A stretch of DNA of 64,000 nt from Calditrichota bacterium. Its GTDB lineage: Bacteria > Electryoneota > RPQS01. Location of the stretch: the NCBI GenBank assembly GCA_020637395.1, contig JACJWA010000001.1:1327228-1391227 (forward strand), in the 5' to 3' direction. The translations under genes were made by a program, and so were the position numbers. Below are positions 29,807-38,393 of this stretch, in pieces; the stretch's first letter is position 1; each line of letters starts with the position of its first letter. Under the pieces are notes generated by a model. It saw only the letters and a list, made by a program, of their open reading frames with translations. It was not told the DNA's origin and did no database searches.

Positions 29807-30399
29807 GCAATTCGTGGTAATATTTGTGTGTTCCAGAAAGTCTGTACCTTAAGGGAAAGCGATAGTTTGTCTTGGTCGTTCACAATGTGGAAGTTCGCGT
29901 TCTGAATCTTCTTTTCAACATTGAGCTGAGCCGTTGAACGACGAGCAATATCCTCTTCAGTGAAGCGCCCCTGCGACCTGCGAGTTAGTTCGCTGTACGG
30001 CGCACTAACCACAAGGATCAAGTCAAACTCGATCTCTATCTCCCATTCGAAAATCAATGCAGCATCGAAAACAACGACCTGCCTCGGCGAGCTGTCGAGT
30101 CGTGCGCGCCACCTTTTGTGGATACCGGGGAATGTCAGAGCGCGCAGCCACGTTGTCAGGGAACTCTCGGCAAAGACACGCCTGGCAATCAGAGCTCTGT
30201 TGAACGTGCCTGCCTCATCCTGAATATCGGGACCCAGTACGCGAATCAGTTCTTGCTGAACGATACTGTCCTGTTCAAGCACTTCGCGGCCCAACTCATC
30301 CCCGGAGACGACGTCTGCACCAAGTCCCGCCAGCATTTCTCCGACGGTGCTCTTTCCCACTCCAATTCCGCCGGTTAGTGCAACCGAGAGTTTCTTCAT
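29803..30399 (-). CDS. coaE: Dephospho-CoA kinase
   Basis: 198 aa with P-loop LTGGIGVGKST. 4-nt overlaps with both neighbouring genes. Confidence 0.88.
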   Translation of the reverse strand: MKKLSVALTGGIGVGKSTVGEMLAGLGADVVSGDELGREVLEQDSIVQQELIRVLGPDIQDEAGTFNRALIARRVFAESSLTTWLRALTFPGIHKRWRARLDSSPRQVVVFDAALIFEWEIEIEFDLILVVSAPYSELTRRSQGRFTEEDIARRSTAQLNVEKKIQNANFHIVNDQDKLSLSLKVQTFWNTQILPRIA

Positions 30400-33300
30400 T
30401 TCGCAATCGCGAGTTTGCCCGTCTTCTCAGCTCCCGCAGACTCAATTGTGAAGATGTAGATACCTGACGCGACGCGTTCCCCGTCGTCAGTACGCAGGTC
30501 CCATTCCGCGTGGCCGGATGAGCTCTTGTGATCTATCTTCCGGAGCAATGCGCCATTTGCGGAAAAGATTCGTATGGTCGCTTCGGTGGGGAGTCCGGCA
30601 AAGAACACTCCGTTGCTTCCCGCTGCACCGGTCCCTTGAAATGGATTGGGATAGACATAGGCGTCTGAAAGATCCGTCGCCGCTTCTTCAATCAGCAGAA
30701 TGGTCTGCGCGAGATTTTTTCCGCTTTCGCTCGTGACTCCTTCCACCCGAATCCGAACAGGGACGCCTACCGCTCCCGCCGGATAGTGCGGATCCAACTC
30801 GAGTTCAATTTCTGTCCTGCTTTCCCCATGCTGGCGGACACTCATCGCCTGATATTCCCCGTCCGGTGATCTTGATTCGATGACGCGGTAGTGCGCCACG
30901 TTCAGAACATTCGAGGACATGGGTTCCGAGAAGGTGATCTTCACCTTATTGCCAACCGGCTTATCAACCAGCTCGTGAGCAAGCACATGGCAGTATTCGG
31001 TCGTATCGCTCACAAGGTCAAACGCGTGCTCTGTTTGAGACTGCGGCAGTGCCGTACCCTGCGCGTCGCGCAGATTCCGCAAAACCAATGTATGCGGCCC
31101 CGCTGACAACGGGTTGTCAAAGGACAGATAGACCCGCCGCCGATTTTCACCTTCCAGCACAAGGGACGGCATGGAGCCGCCGTCGAGCAGCCAGTTGCCC
31201 TGAACAAAGACTGAATTGCCCATGGATTCGGAGAACAATACGGAGATGGTTTGTGGCGCAGACCACTGAATGTCGCTGTTTACGGCAGGAGGTGAATTGG
31301 CCGTTAGAGTAACCGTGTTTGAAAACGCGCTGGTCGGTTCCGCAAATGCCGTGTCATAGGTCAATACTGCAAACTCATAGGGAACATCTATTGGCAGAGT
31401 CAAGGTTGTTTCAAGCTCAACCGTCGCCGAAATGAAATCGCGATCCTGGCCCTCCGGCGCGCCATACACCTCATAGTGAGTTGCTCCCGGAACTGTGGTC
31501 CAATTCAGACGAACACTTGTCTCGTTCAATGGTTCGCCAGAAAGATGCGGAGGGAACGGGCTCAACGGATTGACCCCAGTGTTCTCGTAGCGCTGAAAGC
31601 TGCTGCCGTCGGTTGTGATGAGCTCATTGACTCCATTGCCATTCAGATCCAACGCCGTCATGCCGCCTGACTTGGACGGCCATGCATACCACACCGGTTC
31701 ATAGCGTCCCGTATTGCTATTGAGCTTGACGATATAGAGGTCAGGATATGCCGAGATCGCTATCTCACTTGTTCCATCAGCGTCAAGGTCTCCCGTATAG
31801 ACCGACGCAGGATTGGCAGAGAGATTCTCGTTTCCAAGAATCAGGACGCTATCTACTGCGGCAAACACGTTGTCAGCCTGGGATTCGAAAATGTAGTAAT
31901 CCCATCCTTGCAGCAGACGTTGGCTCTCGGACGAGTACCCCGCATTCGAGCGGCAGCCCACGATCAGCTCCTGCTCACCATCTCCGTCAGAATCCGCCAG
32001 CTCAATCCAACTCGTTGCGTCATTTTGCCGCAATCGAATGGTTTGCACTTGCTGCATCTCCGTGCCCGTCCACTCACACCACACCAGATCGCCGTCATAG
32101 TCCCCGTAGAAGATGTCCAGCCTTCCGTCGCGATCCAGATCTCCGGCCGCTGTGCCTGGCGAACCGAGCAGATTGATTCCGCTCGTTTCGTTGGGCAACA
32201 CCGTACGAAGAGTGACACTGTACTCCGGGGAAACGTCGAAGAGGGCCATGCGTGATCCTTCGCTCGTTCCGACTCGCGCAAGAATCTCCTCGCGTCCAGA
32301 GGAACTGTCCAGGACAACAAACCGACTTATGATGAATTCCGACTCGGGATTTGCAGATTCGAAAACAATATTGTTGGGTACTCCGCAACTTTCACTCTGT
32401 TCCCAGACGCGAGTTTCGCCTTGTCTTCGCCCCGCCATTTCAAAGAGCCCGTCTCCGTCTGCATCTCCCCACGCCTGAGGAATATGTGGGCCGTACGTAT
32501 TGCCCGTCGCCTGAAATGTTCCGCCATTCCATTCGTAGGGCTCAAGCTCTCCCACGATTTGATTCTCGTCCACGGGAAGCAACCACACTTCCGGAAGTCC
32601 GTCACAATCATAGTCCGATACGAATGAGCCGATCTTTCCATACGGAATCCCAGCCGGAGCGCTGGAAAACAAATAGGGTTCGATGCTGGGCTGACCGGAA
32701 ACGTAGGTGAATGTGTCCGACTCCACGAACTCTTCAAGGAGATTTGTCACGCGAAGTCGTGCTGTCCAACTACCCGGATAGCGGTTCTGCGCAATCACCG
32801 CGACATGCACGTCGTTGACATATCCAAAGTCTTCGCGCACAGAGTCTCCCGCCGAGTTAGTCATGATAAGCGTTGCGCGAGACACTTGATTGGACCACGC
32901 AAGTATCTGCTGACCAAGGCCGTCCGCATCCAGCACTTGCCGGGATACAAGACTGTCAATTCTCGGTTCGTCATTCTGTACGTACAAATGCACGACGTCC
33001 ACCGATCGGTTTCCGTTCGTTGCCGTGGCGGTCAGACGCACGGTCAAAATCGTGTCGGAAGCAGGCGCCACTATGGTTCCCAGAATGTCGTTGAACACGC
33101 GCAGTGTTCCGTGCGCGGCATTGTGCCATGTCAGAGGATTTTCGCCAAGTCCGTACTCCACATCGTATTCCAGAAAGGCGGCGCCCGCAGCGATCCCGAT
33201 GAGATCGAATTCCCCGCGCACTCCTCCGTCGCTGCGAGGGGATTGGATTCGCGCAACCGCGTCCGCACCGAATGCTGCGACCTCCACGGCGTGGCGCGCA

Positions 33301-34610
33301 TGTACACGGCCATTCACGTATGTTGAATCCCATCCGGCGGGTCCAAGATCCTCAGCCGTGGAAAGCAAAATGTCCCGCACGTCTTCGGGTGTTAGTTCGG
33401 GGTTGATAGACAAAAGCAACCCTGCAACACCTGCAACAATCGGAGCGGCATAGCTCGTGCCTGAAGAAAAAGTCCACTCGCCGCACTCACCTCCAAGGAT
33501 TGTCGAGTATATATAGTCACCGGGCGCCATGATGTCTACGCTTGGGCCATAATTCGAGAAGTTTGCTTTTCTGCCCACGGAGTCCAATGCGCCCACGGAA
33601 ATGACCTCCGGAAAACCCGATGGGTAGTGAATATCATTGCGGCGAGCATTGCCCGCCGATGACGTCAAAACCACACCGTGAGCATAAGCGACTTGCACCA
33701 CTTCACGCAGCAGCGGCGACGCAACCACGTCGCCAAAACTCATATTGATGATCCGTGCGCCGTTGGCCGTGCCATACAACACCGCGGCGGCGATGTCATC
33801 TTCTTCCAGCGTGCCGTTTGCATTTCCCGCGCGCAAAGGCATCAACCGGCAATTGAAACCTACAGACGCATAGCACGTTCCATTGTCCGTTGTTGCCGCA
33901 GCGCAACCCGCGACGTATGTCCCGTGCCCGAAGTCGTCCATGGGATCGTTATCGCGCACGAGATAGTCGCCGCCCGCGGGTAAACTTGGCGCATCCACAA
34001 AATCCCAGCCGATGACATCATCTATGAACCCATTGTCATCATCGTCCACACCGTTGTCCGGAATCTCTCCGCGATTGTGCCAGATATTGTCCCGAAGATC
34101 ACGGTGCGTATGATCAATTCCCGTGTCAATGATCCCAATAACTATTGAGGAGTCTCCGTGCGTAATCTCCCAGGCGAGCGGCGCGGATATCTGCCTGAGC
34201 CAGCGCTGCTGGTCAAAATTCTCGTCGTTCGGAACGTAGCCATCGTCCAGAGACACGGTCTGATACCGATTGTTCCTGGCCACCCATTCGATTTCTGAGT
34301 CCGTCTGAAGGCGCTCCGCAAATTCGTTTGACTGCGATGAATCACGAGTTTTCAGTCTGACGATCTTTCCCAAACCATTGTCCAGCAGCGCTTGGCTGGC
34401 AAAAGGAAGATTCGCTTCGGAGGCAAATGAGGTGAGACTGTCCAGCAGAGGCGACGACGAGGATAATGTGCCGTCGAGTGCCGACATCCGAACACTGCCG
34501 CGCAGTTTCACGAAGAGCTCGTCGGGCGTGAAGTCCGCGTTGACCATGCACGGCAATGCAAGAAGAGCCAGCAGTACAACGCGTGCAATATGTGAACTCA
34601 TTGGGGGCAT
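30396..34610 (-). CDS. Subtilisin-like S8 serine peptidase with FG-GAP/VCBS repeats and a FlgD-Ig/T9SS-type C-terminal domain
   Basis: Catalytic triad motifs GIIDTGIDHTH, HGTYVAG and GTSYAAP. Multiple DxDGDG FG-GAP-like repeats. C-terminus YVYPNPFQG...GIYIFTIESAGAEKTGKLAIAK. The start is taken at MPPMSSHIARVVLLALLALPCMVNA (34610 or 34601), because the longer ORF to 34688 would overlap comF. Confidence 0.88.
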   Translation of the reverse strand: MPPMSSHIARVVLLALLALPCMVNADFTPDELFVKLRGSVRMSALDGTLSSSSPLLDSLTSFASEANLPFASQALLDNGLGKIVRLKTRDSSQSNEFAERLQTDSEIEWVARNNRYQTVSLDDGYVPNDENFDQQRWLRQISAPLAWEITHGDSSIVIGIIDTGIDHTHRDLRDNIWHNRGEIPDNGVDDDDNGFIDDVIGWDFVDAPSLPAGGDYLVRDNDPMDDFGHGTYVAGCAAATTDNGTCYASVGFNCRLMPLRAGNANGTLEEDDIAAAVLYGTANGARIINMSFGDVVASPLLREVVQVAYAHGVVLTSSAGNARRNDIHYPSGFPEVISVGALDSVGRKANFSNYGPSVDIMAPGDYIYSTILGGECGEWTFSSGTSYAAPIVAGVAGLLLSINPELTPEDVRDILLSTAEDLGPAGWDSTYVNGRVHARHAVEVAAFGADAVARIQSPRSDGGVRGEFDLIGIAAGAAFLEYDVEYGLGENPLTWHNAAHGTLRVFNDILGTIVAPASDTILTVRLTATATNGNRSVDVVHLYVQNDEPRIDSLVSRQVLDADGLGQQILAWSNQVSRATLIMTNSAGDSVREDFGYVNDVHVAVIAQNRYPGSWTARLRVTNLLEEFVESDTFTYVSGQPSIEPYLFSSAPAGIPYGKIGSFVSDYDCDGLPEVWLLPVDENQIVGELEPYEWNGGTFQATGNTYGPHIPQAWGDADGDGLFEMAGRRQGETRVWEQSESCGVPNNIVFESANPESEFIISRFVVLDSSSGREEILARVGTSEGSRMALFDVSPEYSVTLRTVLPNETSGINLLGSPGTAAGDLDRDGRLDIFYGDYDGDLVWCEWTGTEMQQVQTIRLRQNDATSWIELADSDGDGEQELIVGCRSNAGYSSESQRLLQGWDYYIFESQADNVFAAVDSVLILGNENLSANPASVYTGDLDADGTSEIAISAYPDLYIVKLNSNTGRYEPVWYAWPSKSGGMTALDLNGNGVNELITTDGSSFQRYENTGVNPLSPFPPHLSGEPLNETSVRLNWTTVPGATHYEVYGAPEGQDRDFISATVELETTLTLPIDVPYEFAVLTYDTAFAEPTSAFSNTVTLTANSPPAVNSDIQWSAPQTISVLFSESMGNSVFVQGNWLLDGGSMPSLVLEGENRRRVYLSFDNPLSAGPHTLVLRNLRDAQGTALPQSQTEHAFDLVSDTTEYCHVLAHELVDKPVGNKVKITFSEPMSSNVLNVAHYRVIESRSPDGEYQAMSVRQHGESRTEIELELDPHYPAGAVGVPVRIRVEGVTSESGKNLAQTILLIEEAATDLSDAYVYPNPFQGTGAAGSNGVFFAGLPTEATIRIFSANGALLRKIDHKSSSGHAEWDLRTDDGERVASGIYIFTIESAGAEKTGKLAIAK

Positions 34611-34618
34611 GGGATTTC

Positions 34619-35290
34619 CTAAACTGCACGCGCGAATGCCAGCACTCGCACTCGTTTCACTCCGGAATCTTTCAGGACTTTGGCACACTCTGAGACTGTC
34701 GCACCCGTGGTCACGACGTCATCCACCAACATTACCGATTCCGGCACGGGTTCTCCTGTGCGAATGCTGAATGCATCGAGCACGTTTGCAGCGCGTGCGC
34801 GAATGCCTTGTTGCCCAGTTTGGGCAGGCGTGTTGCGCACACGACGCAGCGTTTCAGCTTTCTGAACACCGGTTCGTTTGCACACTTCCGACGTCAGAAG
34901 TTCGCTCTGATTGAACGATCTGTCTCCCCGTCGGAGCCAGTGCAGGGGAACCGGTACGCAAACATCATCCGTGCTCAGATAGCCCAGAGGAACTGAGCGT
35001 AAGAGCGATTCTGCCATCCGAGGAGCAAGCTCAACAATCCCGTCGAACTTAAGTGCATGCACGATTTCTCGCGTGATGTTCCCCTCGTGAAACGCGTAGG
35101 CCGCAAACACCGCATCCACGTGCTTGGGAAGTTTATCTGCGGGAGTTCTTTCCGCGCGGGGAAGACTCGCCCAACACTTCTCGCAAAACAAAATCGCGGA
35201 TGGGGCAAGAGCCTTGCCGCAATGCTTGCACTCCGACTCAAAGAATAGAGACCAAATGGCCCACTGACGAATCGGCGGCAGGTGAAGCAT
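34619..35290 (-). CDS. comF: ComF-family protein (phosphoribosyltransferase domain with an N-terminal zinc finger)
   Basis: 223 aa. CKHCGKAL...FCEKCW, then the PRTase motif VMLVDDVVTTGAT. Confidence 0.85.
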   Translation of the reverse strand: MLHLPPIRQWAIWSLFFESECKHCGKALAPSAILFCEKCWASLPRAERTPADKLPKHVDAVFAAYAFHEGNITREIVHALKFDGIVELAPRMAESLLRSVPLGYLSTDDVCVPVPLHWLRRGDRSFNQSELLTSEVCKRTGVQKAETLRRVRNTPAQTGQQGIRARAANVLDAFSIRTGEPVPESVMLVDDVVTTGATVSECAKVLKDSGVKRVRVLAFARAV

Positions 35291-37710
35291 CAGGCGTGAT
35301 GTCCTTCGGATCGCTTGACTCGTTTGCCTTTGACCGGTTCCAGCGTTATGTCCAGCGCGTGCCCAAGATCGCTGACGAAATGGAAACGCAAGCTTGACTT
35401 GATGTGATCGGGCACATAGAAGAGGTCCTTCTCATTGGCCTTTGGCATGACGATGGTCTTGATGCCGCGCCGCGCTGCCGCCACGATCTTCTCGCGTATA
35501 CCGCCGACGGGCAGAACCTGTCCGATCAGCGTAATCTCGCCTGTCATGCACAAATCGTTGCGCGCCGCTCTTCCTGAAAGGAGTGAAGCCAAAGATGTCG
35601 TAAGAGCAATTCCTGCACTTGGCCCTTCTTTCGGCTGCGCGCCTTCAGGAATGTGAAGATGAATGTCTTGTTTAGAAAACTTCTCTTCCGCAATCTTCCA
35701 CTCGGCCGCATGCGCGCGCAAATAGGACAAAGCAATTTGCGCGGACTCTTTCATCACGTCGCCCAACCGCCCGGTTACCTGAAGCTTGCCGTTGCCAGGC
35801 ATCGCCGTGGATTCAATGATTAGAATTTCGCCGCCCACCGGAGTCCAGGCCAGCCCCAACGCCAATCCAATTTGCGGCGATTCCGGAAGCACGTCGTCCG
35901 CATAGGGCGCCGGTCCGAGATACTGAGCCGCATTCTTCGATGTTATCGTTATGCGTTTGCGTTTTCCTTCCGCCACGGAACGAGCGATCCTCCTGCAGAT
36001 TGCTCCGATTCGCTGCTCAAGCTTGCGAACTCCCGCTTCGCGCGTGTAGCCGCGGATGATCGTCCGCATGCCGTCTTCTGCAATGCTCAAATGCGATTTT
36101 TTGAGACCCGCTTCTTCAATCTGGCGCGCCAAAAGGTAGCGGAGCCCGATCTGCACTTTTTCATCCGTGATGTAACTAGGAATCTCGATGATCTCCATAC
36201 GGTCGCGCAGTGGACCCGGAATCTGTCCCATGTCGTTGGCCGTCGTGATAAAAAACACTGAAGACAGATCGTACTCGACATCGAGATAGTGATCGCTGAA
36301 CGTGTTGTTCTGCGCGGGGTCCAGCACTTCGAGCAGAGCCGAAGCGGGATCGCCACGAAAGTCCATTCCCAGTTTGTCAATCTCATCCAACATGATGACC
36401 GGGTTGTTCACTCCCAGCTTGCGAATGGATTGAATGATCCGCCCCGGCATCGCGCCCACATACGTTCGCCTGTGTCCACGAATCTCAGCTTCGTCGCGGA
36501 CGCCGCCCAGACTCATGCGCACAAACTCCCGATTCATCGAACGGGCAATCGAACGTCCCAAGGAGGTCTTGCCAACTCCCGGAGGTCCCGCAAAACACAA
36601 GATTGGTCCCCGGTTGTCGCCTTTCAATTTTCGCACGGCGAGAAACTCAAGGATTCGCGTCTTGACTTCAGTCAGTCCGTAATGGTCTTCGTCGAGCTCT
36701 TTTTCGGCCTGAAGCAGGTCCAGCTCGTCGGTGGTACTCTTGCTCCAGGGCATCGAGACCAGCCAATCCACGTACGTCCGCGAAACCGAGTATTCAGCCG
36801 ATGACACAGACATCATCCGCATGCGATCCAATTCCTTCTGCGCGGCTTCAGATGCATGTGCCGGCAGCCCGGCTTCTTTGATCTTTCGTTCGAACTCCGC
36901 GACTTCCGCTCCCGTGTCGCTTTCCTCCCCAAGCTCCCGGCGGATCGCCTTCATCTGTTCCCGCAGGAAGTACTCTTTCTGATTGGTCTCGAGCTCCCGC
37001 TCCACTTTCCCGCGGATTTCACTTCCAATTCTAAGCAGTTCAAGTTCGCGCGACAGATGCGTCGCGACCAACGTGAGCCGCCCTTCAAGATTATTCTCCT
37101 CGAGAATCTTCTGCTTATCCGCTATAGGAAGCGACAGATTCGACGCCACGATATCCGCAAGTGCCCCCGGATCGGAGATGTTGTGAATCGCAATCCGAAC
37201 CTCTTCTGGAAGCGCGTGTTCCTCAGAGTATTTCGAAAAGTCGCTGACCACTTTTCTGGTCAGCCCTTCAATCTTCAGGTTCGTCTCGCGAGAGATTTGC
37301 AGCGGAGTGATCCGAACCTGCAGATACGGCTCAGTGGAAACAATCTCATTACGACGCACGCGGACCATGCCCTGAATCAAAACTCGGATGGAATCGTCCG
37401 GCATGCGGAACATCTTCATGATGTGCGCTGCTGTGCCGTATTCATAGAATTGATCTTCCGGCCGATCGCTGACGGGTGTCTGCGCTCGTGAGAACGCCGC
37501 CACAACACGGTGCCCCGCAAGCGCGTCGTTCACCATGGCAATCATGGCGGGCGAAGTGATGGCAAGCGGAATGATTGTATTTGGGAAGATCAAAACATCA
37601 TTCAGCAGCAAAGCCGGACATACTTCCGGTATTCTTACCAGCCCGTCGGGACCTTCCACCCCAACGTTCTCAGATTTCTTCTCCTGGTTCTTGTCGTCGC
37701 TCATGACCAC
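35290..37710 (-). CDS. lon: ATP-dependent Lon protease (LonA)
   Basis: 806 aa. LON N-domain, Walker A GPPGVGKTS and proteolytic-domain motif PKEGPSAGIAL. Confidence 0.95.
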   Translation of the reverse strand: MVMSDDKNQEKKSENVGVEGPDGLVRIPEVCPALLLNDVLIFPNTIIPLAITSPAMIAMVNDALAGHRVVAAFSRAQTPVSDRPEDQFYEYGTAAHIMKMFRMPDDSIRVLIQGMVRVRRNEIVSTEPYLQVRITPLQISRETNLKIEGLTRKVVSDFSKYSEEHALPEEVRIAIHNISDPGALADIVASNLSLPIADKQKILEENNLEGRLTLVATHLSRELELLRIGSEIRGKVERELETNQKEYFLREQMKAIRRELGEESDTGAEVAEFERKIKEAGLPAHASEAAQKELDRMRMMSVSSAEYSVSRTYVDWLVSMPWSKSTTDELDLLQAEKELDEDHYGLTEVKTRILEFLAVRKLKGDNRGPILCFAGPPGVGKTSLGRSIARSMNREFVRMSLGGVRDEAEIRGHRRTYVGAMPGRIIQSIRKLGVNNPVIMLDEIDKLGMDFRGDPASALLEVLDPAQNNTFSDHYLDVEYDLSSVFFITTANDMGQIPGPLRDRMEIIEIPSYITDEKVQIGLRYLLARQIEEAGLKKSHLSIAEDGMRTIIRGYTREAGVRKLEQRIGAICRRIARSVAEGKRKRITITSKNAAQYLGPAPYADDVLPESPQIGLALGLAWTPVGGEILIIESTAMPGNGKLQVTGRLGDVMKESAQIALSYLRAHAAEWKIAEEKFSKQDIHLHIPEGAQPKEGPSAGIALTTSLASLLSGRAARNDLCMTGEITLIGQVLPVGGIREKIVAAARRGIKTIVMPKANEKDLFYVPDHIKSSLRFHFVSDLGHALDITLEPVKGKRVKRSEGHHA

Positions 37711-38174
37711 TCCTCAGGGAAGCGGCCCGCGCTGCGCGCGGAACCCAGCCCTTTCCCTTGCCAGCGCATCTTGATACGCATCACTCCCAGATCAAACTCC
37801 ATTTCCCAATCCTGTAGTGAAACTCCCTCGGGCAACTGGATCACTCGCTGAAAACTTCCCCGCTCGATTTCCATGTGCAGGAACTCTCTCCGCCCTGATA
37901 TCGCCGCGTCTTGACGTATTCCTTGCACGCGAAGGTAACCTGCTTCAATCTCTACTCGGGTATCGTCCGGACGGACGCCGGGAAGATGCACTTCAATAAT
38001 CAGCAGTTCTTCATTTCCAAGAATATCTACCGCTGGAACCCATTGCGCCTGCCCGCCCCAGGGCAGCGGTCGGGAGCCTTGTTCAATTCGGATATATTCA
38101 AAGCGAAATTCCCGCACTTCGTCCCCCCTTTTGGGGCGTCCCCAGAGGGGGATCGTAGGAGCCAGTTCCGGCAT
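37701..38174 (-). CDS. Hsp20/alpha-crystallin family small heat-shock protein
   Basis: 157 aa. The ACD pattern VPAVDILGNEELLIIEVHLPGVRPDDTRVEIEAGYLRVQG...F.R...LP. GGAGAGAGG Shine-Dalgarno site upstream. 10-nt overlap with lon. Confidence 0.85.
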   Translation of the reverse strand: MPELAPTIPLWGRPKRGDEVREFRFEYIRIEQGSRPLPWGGQAQWVPAVDILGNEELLIIEVHLPGVRPDDTRVEIEAGYLRVQGIRQDAAISGRREFLHMEIERGSFQRVIQLPEGVSLQDWEMEFDLGVMRIKMRWQGKGLGSARSAGRFPEEWS

Positions 38175-38259
38175 AACCTCTCTCCTTCGGACTCCTCTTG
38201 CGAGAGCCCGGCAATACTGTCTATTTCTGTTCGACTTAGAACAGATGGCTCAAGCAAGT

Positions 38260-38288
38260 AATATGCCTAACCCAGCGCTAAATGTCAA
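38260..38288 (-). promoter_or_regulatory. Candidate sigma70-type promoter for the hsp20-lon chain
   Basis: Minus strand: TTGACA (38288..38283), 17-nt spacer, CATATT (38265..38260). This leaves a ~80-nt leader containing the hairpin tctgttc-N6-gaacaga (38226..38245). Confidence 0.4.
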
Positions 38289-38393
38289 GTATTTTATTGG
38301 CTTACGAACGATGAGCTTGCAAAACGCTCGTTTTGAGCGTAAATTGTGAGTTGTCCAAATTGACATCTGCTACTCACTCTACTTGCGAACAAG

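Noticed and set aside
34611-34688. Upstream extension (GTG start) of the S8 peptidase ORF.
   Set aside because: It would overlap comF by 70 nt. The signal peptide starts at the internal Met codons (34610/34601), just after the comF stop.
38175-38393. Search for CIRCE (TTAGCACTC-N9-GAGTGCTAA) or HAIR (CTTGAGT-N7-ACTCAAG) heat-shock operators upstream of hsp20. Also a hairpin acgctc-N5-gagcgt at about 38323..38339.
   Set aside because: Only a partial CTTGAGC half-site is present and the second arm does not match, so neither element is present. The small hairpin has a 6-bp stem and no clear function.
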